This document shows positions 51,311-63,625 of a DNA stretch of 64,000 nt, one piece after another. The notes beneath the pieces are model-generated. The model was not told the DNA's origin, made no database searches, and saw only the letters and a program-made list of their open reading frames with translations. Each line of letters begins with the position of its first letter. Position 1 is the stretch's first letter. This DNA is from Camelus dromedarius (taxonomy: Eukaryota): contig NC_087447.1 in assembly GCF_036321535.1 (NCBI RefSeq), positions 39,124,001-39,188,000 on the forward strand. Reading direction: 5' to 3'. Both the position numbers and the translations under genes were made by a program.

Positions 51311-53507
51311 TCTAGAATGCAGATCCTACAGTCAAGCGTCTCACTAACAAAACCCTCAGATTAGGATTTTGATTTCAGGTTATGTATTTCAAGTAAGTAG
51401 ACAGTTTTATTTCCTCACTGAATCCAGATCTTAGAGTTGGTGGGACTTTAGAAGTTCAACCTGTATGTTTGATACCACGACCTAGAATCCCCAGCAAGTG
51501 ATTCACCCACTACCCTACACACACTGTTTAGCTCGTGAATACTCGGGGATGGGGCCTGCTGGGGCGGCTCATCCACACCTGGCAGGAGCACTCTTCATCG
51601 TCACCACCTTCTAAGGCAACAGGTGATGAAAAATGGGTCCAAGCCCTTCTCAGCTCTTATTTCTCAGCATAATTGGTTTACAGAGGGAGAGACTTAGAAC
51701 TGGAAATCCACATCAACTCTTGTCAGGCTGAGGGACCTCAGGAAGGGAAGCCATGACCTGGCACTGCAGCGAGAGTTTGGTGAGAGTTGGGTGGCAGCTG
51801 TGTGACGACCACCAGGCTTAGCACCTACATGGATGAATGCACCTTCTGGTCTCCCAGGGACCCCTCCACTACCCAGCAGTCTCTTGGCTTTTGGGCCTAT
51901 ACTGCCTACCTCTATAAATTTGTGAATAAACGAAATTTCTCTCTCCCCTGGATCATAAGCTTCTCAAAGGCAAAATACAACTATATACCAGGCATTCTTC
52001 ACCCACACAAAGGACTACTAACTGCTTATTGAAAAAATTGCTGAATGCTTCCCACCTTTCCCTACCTACATCGATGAAACCACTATTTCCCCAGGTTCCC
52101 TTATCTTGGAATTGCCTTCTCATCGCGACTTATTTCATCTCCAACACCTAGTCCTTAAATTACTGACTTCTCGTTTGGACACTATCATCACTGTATGATG
52201 GGCCTCATTCCTGGGTTATTAAGCATGCTCACCTTCATCTCTTCCTACTCCAACTTCCACAACACTTGGGTCACCTGCTTAGCATCCTACAATGAAAGGG
52301 GTCTTACAGTTTTCTTTCAGTCTAAACTGCTCAGCATCATTTCCTAGGATTCTTAGCAATCTCCCATCACAGTGCTTTGGCTCCTTCCTCCAAAGAGGCT
52401 GCCCAGTTAGGTAACTTGCTTTTTTACCCTGAAGATGCCACTCACATGCCCACTCCAGCGTGTGCCTGTCTTCAAGAACGAAGGAACACCCACGTTCATC
52501 ACAAACCCCAACTAAGACCAACCTCAAACCCTTCCTCTCTTGCTTGCTTCAGCCCATGCACTCTCCCTTATTTTCTATTATCATAAAGAAAATAGTCTTC
52601 TCAAAGATTTATATGGTCTTTGAGTTGTCAAGGACTGTTTTACACTGTGCATGCATGGCCTCAAGCAAAGCACAGGGTGCAGTGGCTGATCACCAGATTA
52701 TCTCAGCACACTACCCCCACCACTCCTTCCTGAAGTAGACTCAAGCAGCCACATCTGTCGTTACTGTAGGGTTGGAACAGAACTGTGCTACCCACCAGAA
52801 TAAGAGCCCCTCTGTGGCCAACTACAGAAGGCCAGCCTCCGATTCCCCTGAGAGAATCAATTCAGTGGCAGCAGAGAATAGTAATTTTTCCTTTTCCCAT
52901 GATTATGTTCCATTAAGTTTGCATTCCTAAGGACCTCATTACCACCCTTCTCCAAATTCAAATGGACTTATAATGACTGCTTCCCTCTCAATGACTGCTC
53001 TTAAAGCTTTAGATTTAATTCATAATTTTTGGGCACTCACTGTATGTCAGTGTCTGTTCTAGGAACTTCCCTGAGTTCTCTCTCAATCCTAGAGCAATTT
53101 GGGGGAGCTAGACATTGTCTCCCGTTTATGGCTTAAATCAACAGAGACCAGGAAGTTAAATGAATCCCCTAAGCAGAGGCCCAGGACTCAAAGTCAAGTA
53201 AACTGCTTCAGAGCTGCTTTTCTTTCATATGGGAAAGAAGTCCCACCCAAGGGGGCTTTTATTACTAGCTGATAAGCCTGGTCTCTCTTACTAGCCCTAG
53301 ACAGCTTTTTGATTAGAAGCTAATGTTCTCTATTAATGCCCAGACGACACCAATTCCTGGCTCCACTCCTGCCACCCTGTAATGTTATGTTCATCCATCC
53401 TCACTGGGAAGCTCCTTGTGTCATGTACAAAGTAACAAGAAAGCTGAGCCTCCCAAAGAGTACCCTATAGCTCTGGCCTGTTTGGGTTTAGCTTTTTTAT
53501 TTAAAGG

Positions 53508-53741
53508 CAGAACTTCTCAATCTCAACACTATTGACATTTGAGACTGGAAAATTCTTTGTTAGGGATGGGGGGTGAGGGAGGCTGTCCTGTGTACTGTGG
53601 AATGTTTAGCAAGCAGCATTCCTGGATATCCACTGGATATTTAGCAGCAACCTCACACTCAGTTGTGACAACCAGAAATTTTCTCCAGACGTCAACAAAA
53701 CATCCCCTGGGAGGCAAAATGCCCTGGGGTTGAGAACATTG
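53508..53741. mobile_element. MER20 hAT element
   Basis: ttctcaatctcaacactattgacatttg...cagttgtgacaaccagaaa...gttgagaacattg, with an imperfect 8-bp TSD (tttaaagg/gtttaagg). Confidence 0.8.
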
Positions 53742-53773
53742 GTTTAAGGGAACAAGGAGAAGGTGTTACTTGC

Positions 53774-53882
53774 CTGTGGATTTCCATGATTTCTTCAGCA
53801 ATCATTCGACCTATTTTTCCTGCCCCAGCCCTGGTTCCCCCTGGAATCCCTGGAACAGTGGGGTGGGTCCTCTTTGGGCCAC
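53774..53882 (-). CDS. BMAL1: BMAL1 coding exon with non-canonical GC donor
   Basis: ttgcag|GT; GPKRTHPTVPGIPGGTRAGAGKIGRMIAEEIMEIH; AG|gcaagt; 109 nt. Confidence 0.96.
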
Positions 53883-54099
53883 CTGCAACAAAGGAATCTG
53901 AGAGTGGGAAAGGGAAAACCGAGGAAGAAATACTACTATGTTAAAACCAATTCATCCCATGATCCTCTTGAAGTTCAACTCTGGGTTGTGCCTTGAGGGA
54001 CATTAGAGCCATAGCTTGTTAGGAAAAGGCATTCCAGCAGGAAAAAGCCAAGTTTCCGTCCAGGATCAGAGGTGTTAATATAAAGCCTCTAATTCCTCA

Positions 54100-54900
54100 T
54101 GCACTCAACATACATTTACTGAAGACCACTCTGCTGCATGCAAGGGTCACAGAGATAAGTCAGCACCCCTGCTTTCAGGGAGCTCACAGTCTAATGTGGA
54201 GACACACAAGATAAACAATGGCTGGAGCAAAGGGTGATAAGTTTGATGGGTCAGCACAAGGCACCCAGCTTCTCCAGGGCCAGGCGCAACTTCCTGGAAG
54301 AGCTTAACTCTGAACTGAATCTTGAGAGAGCAGTATAAATTAGGTTGGCAGAGAGATAAAGAGGGGAAAGCACTCCAGGCACAGCAACCAATGGATGCAA
54401 GAGCACTGAGGCAGGACAAGTGGGGAGAGCACTCCAAGAAATTTAGCATGACCGATGAGGAGGGAGTGACAGATGAAAAGAGAGAGGCAGGTACAATCAG
54501 ACCATGAAGGGCCTTGGATGCCACACTAACAGATTTAAATAGTATCCGCAGAGGATAAGGAGTATGAAAGGACTTGACCCAGAAAACACTGACTTAGATT
54601 TGGGTTATTAAGAAGTTCACTGAGCGGAGAATGAACTATAGTGGAGAATGGGGGCTGAGAGCGGGAGAGTGAGATTAGGGGTAGGAGGTTATCTGCGGTA
54701 ATCCAGGCAACAGATAAGGAGGGTTAAGTAGCAAGAGCCGTGACAGAGAGGTTTGAGAGAGAGAACGGGCTGGATTTCGTGTTTAGATGTAGTGGGAGAT
54801 GAGCAGGAGTCAGTTTCTGGCTTAACCAACCAGATAGGGGGAGTGCAGAGAACTGATTTGGATCTGCTGAATTTTAGCTGCCTTTGGGACCCCAGGTGGC
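54100..54900 (-). mobile_element. L2 fragment
   Basis: cactcaacatacatttactgaagacc...cccctgctttcagggagctcacagtctaatg; boundaries approximate. Confidence 0.65.
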
Positions 54901-55366
54901 TCTGGAGAGAAACTGGATATAGGCTTCATCGATGGAGAGAGCTGTGGACTGAAGCCATGCAAGCAGAGGCAGTTCCGAGAGTCCCCCTCCCCGGGCATGG
55001 CACACCCTTGGGGGCCAACAGACCCCCTCCTCCCACCACAGGAGCCAGTGACTGTCACCAGAGAGCATGTCACAGCACAGCCACTGGGCAACACAGAGGG
55101 ACGAAAGCACAAGAGGAGCAAGGAGTTGGCCATTTCAAGGGCTTCCAGGGTCCAGGCAACCTCAGGGAAGGCAGAGATGAGTTCCCGGCCTTCCAGGCTC
55201 AACAGAGAAAGTGAGATGATAACATCCTGAGTGATCATCCTTGCGAGGCCGCCCTTGTTGCACAGAATATGGTGGCCAGGGACCCTGAACACTTGGGGGT
55301 AGGGTGTGCTGGCCACAAGCAGCTTCTCACGGCCAAGCCCCGGGTGCCCTAGTAGCACATAGTTAC

Positions 55367-55455
55367 CTTCTCCCGAGGGCAGCATGCTGTCCATGCTGTG
55401 AGGGGACGCTGTGAGCTGCGGGAAGGTTGGGTCCCCGCCTTCCAGGACGTTGGCT
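55367..55455 (-). CDS. BMAL1: BMAL1 coding exon
   Basis: cacag|A; ANVLEGGDPTFPQLTASPHSMDSMLPSGE; G|gtaact; 89 nt. Confidence 0.97.
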
Positions 55456-56276
55456 CTGTGAACATCCCAGCAACAAGGAAACGTGAGTCAGGCCTGCTCA
55501 GAACTGTGCACCTTTCACCTCGGCCACGGTGTCCAGTGTCCACTCTGGACCTGGACGGGCCAGAAAATGAAGTGTCTGTCTGAGTGGCTCAGTAGGTCTC
55601 CTCGCTGTCTGATAACACGACAGACAGCATGCCAGCCTTTGGCCTCACTGCCTGCCTGGGCCTTCCTAATCCACATGGGACACAGGCCGGCAGAGGTGGT
55701 GACCGCGGCAGCCCCTGCCTCTGTCGCCAGGCCTCCTCTCCTGCCAGCCTGCGGTGCACCCAGCTCCGGCCCCTCAGTCAGCTCTAACTACAGGTCGAGG
55801 TGAGAACATGGGGAAGATGAGGGGAGCAGGCCAAAGAGGAGGTCCTTTCCTTCCGGCTCACCCCACAGGTGGCAGCCTTGGAGGGGACATTCTGGCCGCC
55901 AGTGCTCAGGCCCTCCTCAGCCAAGGCCAGTGTGGCTGCTGCGCCTTTTTCGTGGGCTATCCACCCCTCCCTCCACGGCGGTGCCAGTGGGTGGCCCGGC
56001 TGGCAGAATTCAAAGGCTGACTGCTTTATCGGGAAGGAAATGGTGCTGTCTCCTGGAGCAAGTCCACCAGCCGGGGGCCTGAGTGTCATGAGTATTGAAG
56101 CTTTTCATTTGTGAACAATCTTTTGGCTTCTGCCGGTCCTGAGGCTCCACTGGGTATTAGCAAGACGGCAGTAAAGGATGTGAAACTGGCTGTTGCCTGT
56201 ACCCCCTTTCCCAAGATAGGAGCCCAAGGCATTTCTCTTTCAAGCAAGGGGGCTTCTGATATGGAAGAACACTTAC

Positions 56277-56427
56277 AAAACAACAGTGTTGGTGGAGACA
56301 ATATATTCTACTTCCTTGGTCCAAGGGTTCATGAAACTGAACCACCGACTGCGTAGTGTGATGAAAGAACCATCTTTGATTTTAAACTTATAGCAATTAG
56401 TTGTAATCTTTTCTCTTGTCTGTAAAA
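56277..56427 (-). CDS. BMAL1: BMAL1 coding exon (PAS-B C-terminal/PAC part)
   Basis: tttcag|TT; LQTREKITTNCYKFKIKDGSFITLRSRWFSFMNPWTKEVEYIVSTNTVV; TT|gtaagt; 151 nt. Confidence 0.97.
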
Positions 56428-56819
56428 CTGAAAATAGAAAGAAATCATGAACATTGTTATTTCCTCAGACCAATGTATTAAACTCACCAAACCCTAAGTG
56501 CATGCAGGTGCCAACGTCATCACTCTTTAATAAGCCCCGGGAGCTGGCACTTCAGAGAACAGGCTGTTTCTGAGCGTCTGACTCAGAGCCTTCCAATTCA
56601 GTTGTGAATCTGTCACTGTTGTTCAGAGTGTATGAAAGGTTCCGAGGAATAACTGAGTGCACTCTAGATATCTAACTAGAATCAGCTATGAGGTGAACTC
56701 CCAACAGTGAGAAGGCACTGTCCACAGGGCCCATGTTATTTTCCTGTCACGAAGCCTGAGGGCAGCCCAGCATTTTTAGGACTTCCGGATTCAGAGAGGT
56801 CACACACCCATGGAAACCT

Positions 56820-57530
56820 CATTCTTTCATGTGATAAGCATCTTTCATGTGCCAGGCACTGGAGACAGAATAGGCCTCCTGCCCGCAGGAGAGGAATGAG
56901 GGACAGCTATGCAGAGGAGATCAGAGCCTTGAGGGATGAGTATCAGTTTGCCAAAAGGAGGGAGGGAAGAACTAGCACTGCCCGGGGAGCAGCAGGGCCT
57001 GGTGGAGCAGGCAACAGTGAGATGGTCAGTGTGGCTGCAGCACAAGACCTCTGCAGGCAGGGATGGGGAGGTGGGGCGGGGCCAGGAGACGGAAAGTCTT
57101 AGACACCTGCTAAAGGTGTTTGGACTTCAGTGTAAAGGCAGAAGGTTTTAAGCATGATGTGACATGATCAGGCTCAATCTATCGGAGCATAAGTGGGATA
57201 ATTGTGAAGGATGAAGGATGGACTGGGAGCAGAAGGGAGCAGGGAGGCCTGTGAGGGGTCCATCACAAGTATCAGGTAGGTTCAGAGGCTGAACCAGGGT
57301 CTTGGCAATAGAGGTGGCAGAAAGGAGCCTCTTTGGAAATGTGTGTCTGAGGTGAATGAATGGTCTGATGGAGGAAAAAAATCAAGGAGGGAGTCACTGT
57401 TGGTTTCTCTCTTGGGAGAATGTGGCCATGCCACTAACCAAGAGGGAAATACAGGAGGCAGTGCAGGGCTTTGTGGAAAGGAATTAGATTCGTTTGGGCT
57501 ATACTAAATCTTTACAGAGTCCAGGTAAAT
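56820..57530 (-). mobile_element. L2 fragment
   Basis: atgtgccaggcactgg...ggttttaagcatgatgtgacatgatcagg; boundaries approximate. Confidence 0.55.
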
Positions 57531-57801
57531 CCTCTGAACAAGGGCTGCCTTCCAGAAAGGGGCCTGGCCTATGTATAGAGGTCTGCTAGGCAGCTGGGGT
57601 AGGGGTAGGGTTACCTGTAAGGGGATAGAAGGGGCCTGGGGGAGTCAGTAATCTCCTCTCATCACAGATATTTTGTCCTGAAGACTCCTGGGCTGGCTGA
57701 CTCCCACATCATAGGGGAAGATATCTCTGGAAGGTTATGTGAACTCGTCTCAAAGCAGGGGGACACTTTAAACTTAAGACCTTTTATACAGCCCAGCTTA
57801 C

Positions 57802-57908
57802 CTTGCCTGTGACATTCTGCAAGATGTCCTATGTCATCTTGGTGAAAATATTCGTAACATGATGTACCTAGAAGTTCTTGTGGTAAATATGCCAAAATAG
57901 CTGTTGCC
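57802..57908 (-). CDS. BMAL1: BMAL1 coding exon (PAS-B)
   Basis: ttttag|[37 protein letters not shown]|gtaagc; 107 nt. Confidence 0.97.
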
Positions 57909-58527
57909 CTAAAAGGGAATCGAAAAAAAACAAAATGAAAAGAAAAAGCCATTCAGAAGACTAACAGCATCTCTGCAGTGGATGAAACCTGCTAACAGCC
58001 AATGAACACCAAGTCAAAGCTGGGTGGGCTCAGAAGGCTTAAGAAGTAGTCTGCTCCACCATGAAACTGACTTCAACCAAGGGTATAAAAACAGAGAGAA
58101 AGAAAGTAGAGAATCCTTTCAAAGGGGCTGTTATCACAAGAAGTCAAATTATAGGAGGTTTAAAAGTGGTAAGTGCATTAGATACAAACGTGGTAGAACT
58201 CTTAACCCCAGTGCAAAGCTTCTCCAATTGACTGCCTACTTTTTATCAGGACGACCAGACACCAGAGGCTCCAGCAGTGGGGCCCACGAGGGCCTTGAGG
58301 GGTGGCTGTGTCCTTTTCCAGTATTTAGTAACTATTGCTAGTAGTCAGAAAAATTATTAGCCTGTGAATATTCTTAAGAAGGCAGCAGAGAACAGTGGAG
58401 ATTTGGGGATATTTGGGTTCTTAGCCCAAGTCTACTGCCAGTTAGTTGTGTGTGAATCCTGGAGGAGGCCCAGTCTTCAGGCAGCGCCTCAGTTCCTCAA
58501 CCGTAAAAAATGAGATCGGATGAGGTC

Positions 58528-58720
58528 AGTGTTGTCCAGTAGAACTTTCTGTGATGACAGAAATGTTCTATATCTGTGCCATTAGCCACATGTGGCTAAT
58601 AAGTACTTGAAATGTGACCAGTGAGCCCGAGGAAATGAATTTTAAAATTGATTAAATAAAGACGTAAATCACCATATGGAGCTGCCATAGCCAATGACTT
58701 ACTGTACTGGACAGATCAGG
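58528..58720. mobile_element. MER3-like hAT element
   Basis: cagtgttgtccagtagaactttctgtgatgacagaaatgttctatatctgtgc...agccacatgtggcta. Confidence 0.75.
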
Positions 58721-59061
58721 ACTAAATCTTTCCCAAGTCCCACATGCCAGAATTCCACTCACAGGAATGGCCCGGGAACATTCCATAGATTCAGATAGCT
58801 GCTAAGCCTACTACTTCTCTTTCACCCAAGGACATCAAACCACCCCACTTAACTGCCTCTACATACCAAAGAATGACATGGAAAAAAAATCTCTGTATTT
58901 ATGATGATATCTCACTGGCTCTCATTTTTCAACAGAGATACCCATCACTTCCTTCTCTCTATACTTAAGAAAGCCAGCTGATGGCCCTGTCTTCTCTCTG
59001 CTTTACTCCGGGTTGAAAATCGCCTACCATCATTGTTCAAGGGTCATATGCAGACTCTTAC

Positions 59062-59308
59062 CTCTGGTCTACAAAAACAAACTTCCCATCTATTGCATGC
59101 CGGGAGACATACTCCATAGATTTCACCCTGATGTCCCCGTTCGCCGGTTGCGGGACCACGTGAGAGTGCAGTCTTCCAATTGCAACAAGGCAGCTGAGAT
59201 TGCACCCCTCGTTGTCTGGTTCGCTGTCTTCGTCCAGCCCCATCTTTGTGGGTGGCCAGCTTTTCAAATAGCCTGTGCTGTGGATTGTGCAGAAGCTTTT
59301 TCGATCTG
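59062..59308 (-). CDS. BMAL1: BMAL1 coding exon (end of PAS-A, linker, start of PAS-B) with NAGNAG acceptor
   Basis: tttcTAG|CAG|ATC; (A)[23 protein letters not shown]...[14 protein letters not shown]|gtaaga; 247 or 244 nt. Confidence 0.97.
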
Positions 59309-59559
59309 CTAGAAAGCAAAGTCCATGGTTAGTGTCAGTGGGGCTTTGGGGCACAGGGGCACAGGCACCCCGGGGTGAGTTGGGATGTAGGCAGGGAGTC
59401 AAAATATAAAAAAAGAAAAAAACAAGGTCTTACTGTCCAAAAGCAAGCATCCAGTGAGAAGACAGAAAAATAGGTGTCATCTAGTGTCCTACGTGCTTTG
59501 TAGACCTGGTTATACCTAAAGGACATGACGCTCACCAAGGAAGGACTATCTAAATCTAC

Positions 59560-61345
59560 CTGGGGAGAGGCAGGATGCCCAGAAGAACAATGTGGGGCGT
59601 GGACCAAGAAGAACGAGCACTGGCTAAGGGACCAGAATGTGTAAAGGCTGAGAAAGTACAAAGGCACAGAGGGGCATCCTGTCCAAGAAACAGCAGAGAG
59701 CTCCATGCGGTTGAAGTGAAGAGGGAGGTGCTGGGGGTAGAGTCAGAAAGGCGGAGGGGCAGACTGTAGGCGCCTTGGATTTTTTGCTCACAAATGTGTT
59801 AACCTTTCTCAGATAGGAAATGGAGAGCTTCCAAAGGCATTTAAGTGGGGAAACAGCAAAATCACTTCATGATTTGGATGCTCTAGGAGCTGAGTGATGG
59901 GTGAACTGGAAGACAGTAAAAAATCAGAAGGACAATAATACAGCAAGAGACACTGAGGACTGTGACAGCAGATCTGTGAAGATGAGGAGGAAGTAGGTAA
60001 GGATGCAGGAGAAATTTCTGAGCTAGAACTGTTGGGATTTGGTATGAATATCAAAATATATGGTATGAAAAAAAGAAAATAATGACTCCAACTTTTTCAG
60101 ATTGAGTGGTTACTGGTACAATTTACTGGTCAATATTCAGGGAGGAGAATACAGAGTATGTTTTAGAGGAGAGGGAGAAAAGATTTCAATTCCGGACACA
60201 TTAAGTGTGGAGCACCTGTGGATTTCAACAGGAAACACATCCTTATGGAGTGTTTACCTAGCACTGGGTGTGTACTAGTTACTGGGAAACAGTGAAAAAC
60301 AAATCAGACATGCATTTGTGGAATTTACAGTTTTATACAGTAGAGAGACTTAAACAAATAATCATACAAATATCTACATAGCTGCAATGGTTAAGAAAGT
60401 GTTAGAAAACCTGCAGTGCTACAAGCAGACGTAAGGCAGCCTAAGGGAGGGAGTGACCGACACGGAGGTCCACTCTAAAGGATGAGCTGGAGTGAGCCCG
60501 GGGACGGGAGCTGGTAGGGAGAAGGGGGATTCCCATCAGAGGTGACAGCACGTACGGAGACTTCAGGTAGAAACGGGCTGGAGACACTGGAGGGAGGTCA
60601 GCATGGCTTGAATGTATGGGGCGGAGGGGGTTGCACTGGCACCAGAAGGATTTTAAGCAGGGGACTGACACAAAGATGTGCTTTTAGGAAGACCACTCCG
60701 GCTGCACAGAGGGCTGGAAAGCATGAGGGGCCTACTTCCCTGGACCTACAAGGTCCAGGGTAGCCTGGATCTAGTAACAGCAGCAAACGTGGAGATGGAT
60801 AAACATTTCAGATAACTTCCAATAACTTCTACAGGAGCAATTCATGGCGGCAAGACTTTGTAACCGACTAGATCAGAAGGGAGGGAGAGAAATGGGGCGG
60901 GGTGCCTCCCGGGCTTCTGGCATGCAGAACTGGAGGGACAGTGGTGCCATTTACATCCAAGGGGAATCCCAGGTGGTTACTTCTACACAGGTCACATTTG
61001 AAATGCCCTTGAGAGTACTAAGCAGGTAGATAAAATAAGCAGTTAATTTACAAATGTGGAGTCAAAAGAGAAGACTGGGCTAGAAATAAGAACTTGGAAG
61101 TTATCAGCATATAAATGGCACTGAAAGCAAAGGGAGTAGATGACATTACCTATGGGGCTCGGGTGTACATCCGCTCCTCTTAAGAGAAGAAGGCCAGGGA
61201 CAGAAGAGGAGGAGCCAACAAAGGAACCAGGAAGAGAGCCTGAGTGGGAGAGGACAGAGAAGACGAGAAGAAAGTGGTTTCACCGAATCCTAAGGAAGGG
61301 AACACTTTACGATGGAAGAAAAATGAAAATGTCTGTTGCACTTAG
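59560..61345 (-). mobile_element. Cluster of L2 fragments
   Basis: Purine-rich L2-like text (catttgaaatgcccttgagag...gaagactgggctagaaataagaacttggaagttatcagcatataaatgg); boundaries approximate. Confidence 0.6.
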
Positions 61346-61666
61346 TGACCTGCAGGCACTGGGAACTTAGCGAGAATGATTCTGGCGCATCGGTGGGTGC
61401 TGTACTCTGTGACCGAGAGGACACTTTCTCAACCACGTTAAAATGGAATTTAAACAGAGGAAGCCTTCCCACAAACCTCTGTCATCGTGACACCATCAAG
61501 GTCGTCCAATTCCCCCCTCCTCCCCAAAGGCCCTCATTGAGGTGGGGCCTGTGGGGTCCCGGCTGCGTCCTGGGACCTGCGCTCTGAACCCACACCCTGC
61601 TGAGCGCTCCGCTGTAGAAAGCTGGCCTCACCTGTCATAGAACTTAAAGAACTGTTAAGTGGTTAC

Positions 61667-61816
61667 CTTTTTTCTTGGAGCAGGTGGAGGGGAAATCCTT
61701 GTCTTCAACCTTTACTGAAGGCCTGTTACACTTCATCCTACAGAAGAAAGAACGCCGTGCTCCAGAACATAATCGAGATGGCCCGGGGGTTATATCTGTT
61801 TTAACTGGAAGTCCAG
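61667..61816 (-). CDS. BMAL1: BMAL1 coding exon (PAS-A region)
   Basis: ttgcag|[52 protein letters not shown]|gtaacc; 150 nt. Not in the ORF track. Confidence 0.97.
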
Positions 61817-62297
61817 CTGCAAATCAATACACAAAATGTGATAAACTGAGGGTAGTGTTGTCTGTCAGGAGGGGGAGTGTGCCCTTGAAGAAAGCCTTTT
61901 CTTTCATGATGGCATAAAATAACACTACTGCTCAGGTTAGGGTGTATTAGGTGCGACACGGACAGGAGCGCCGTGGATCTGGAATGCTTACAGACTATGT
62001 GGCGCGCAGCTACTGGGTGAACAGACCAGGTGCTCTGGGAGTAAAAAGAAAGACACAGGGGGTTCCCACATCCAGCAGGAGAGGACTGCTGAGAAGGAGA
62101 AACAGAAGTTCACAGTGAAAAGATTAATGATAATGCAATGTGATGGATGACTGATTAGTGCCCAATACATGGCAGAAACAACCGCCATTTCCCAGAGGAG
62201 GAAGAACATGGACTGGGACTTGGACACTGGAATGGAAAGGAGGAAGCAGGACCCCGGGTGCTGTATCAGCCTGCAGGTTCTTGGACCCCATACGAGG

Positions 62298-62592
62298 TCC
62301 GTGCTGCCCAGCATGGCAGCCACTAGCTACAGGCAGCTATTAACTTGAGCTGTGGCTGGTCTGGCTGTATTCACATGTACAGCTCACCTCCACACAGGAT
62401 TGCAAGGACTTAGTACCCACCCCCCCAAAAAAGAATGTAAAAGACCTCATTTTGGATTTAGCATGTTAAATAAAATATAGTATTAAAATTAATTTTGCAT
62501 TTTTACTTTTTTAAAGGTGGCTACCAGAAAATTTAAAATCATGTTTGTGGCTCATATTTATGGTTTGAATTGTGTTTCCATAGTGCAGTTCT
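62298..62592. mobile_element. MER33-like hAT element
   Basis: gtgctgcccagcatggcagccactagctaca...gtggctaccagaaaatttaaaatcatgtttgtggctcatatt. Confidence 0.65.
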
Positions 62593-63439
62593 GGACCAAC
62601 TGAATTAGAGTCTCTGGAGGAAAAGTAGGACTATGATCCAGACAGAAGCCTGGCTACTAGTCAGTGCAAAAGCTGGGGCTACAGATCGTGTCTGGGGTGA
62701 CGAGTGCCCCACTACCCACCATGGCAGCAACCAGCAGAGGAGTGGCTACTGCTCAGGCCTCCTCCGGGGTCTCACCCTGCCAACCTACCTCCTGCATTGC
62801 TGACTCAGTGATCCTCCCCGGAAGCCAACCCCGGTCTGTCCCTCCTAGCTCAGAGCCCTTCACTGTCCCCATGGATGAAAAGGTCTTCGCGGTCCAGCCC
62901 TCCCCTCCCCTGCAGGTTTTGCTCCGGCAGCACAAGCAGGCCACAGCACCACACCTCCGCGCCCATCCACAAATCGTTCCCTCTGCTCTTTTCCTCCCTT
63001 CGTCACCTGGCAAGCATTAATTCATCTTTTCAAACCCACCTGGGGTTGTCACCTGCTCTGCGATGCCTGTCCCCACGCCCACATGAGAATTAATAATCAT
63101 CGTTCTCTATGCCTGGTCCTGTTTCTCTGGCTGCACCTATTATGCGTGGTGCTGTCTCCTTGTCTCCCTGACTATATGGTGAGAGCCTGAAAGACAAGGA
63201 CCAACAGCATTCATCCTTTTCTCTCGAGGCCACTAAGAAGTTGCCAGGGGCCAGACTATAAAGGGCAACATGTACCTGGGACTCACTGTACTTACAGGAG
63301 GAAGGGGAGTACTAGAGTGAAAAGGGTGGTTTAAGGAGATTCCCCTGGTGGCATTTCCTTCCAGAGATTATAACAGAGTTTGGAAGCGGGAAACTAGTTA
63401 GACTATGACGGCACTGGGCAGGGTGAACACCATGTTGTG

Positions 63440-63625
63440 CTGTGTGCTGGGAACGGTCCTGTATGCTTTATGTTATTAGCATACTGAATTCTCACAACAA
63501 CACAATGAAACAGGTAATATTTTGCAGATAAGGAAGCTGAAGCACAGAGGGGTTAAGTTACTTGCTCAAGGTCACACAGCTAGTAAATGGTGGAGCCAAG
63601 ATGTGAGCCCAGTGCCTGACTCGAG
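63440..63625 (-). mobile_element. MIR SINE
   Basis: ttttgcagataaggaagctgaagcacagagggg ttaagttacttgctcaaggtcacacagctagtaaatgg. Confidence 0.8.

Noticed and set aside
54822..55394. 190-aa ORF starting MDSMLPSGE as a separate gene
   Set aside because: It is the end of a BMAL1 exon reading on into GC-rich intron and L2 sequence, past a canonical donor at 55367.
59157..59162. CACGTG E-boxes in coding exons (also 24187) and in the L1 5' UTR (27514)
   Set aside because: They are explained by codons or repeat origin, and have no neighbouring clock motifs.
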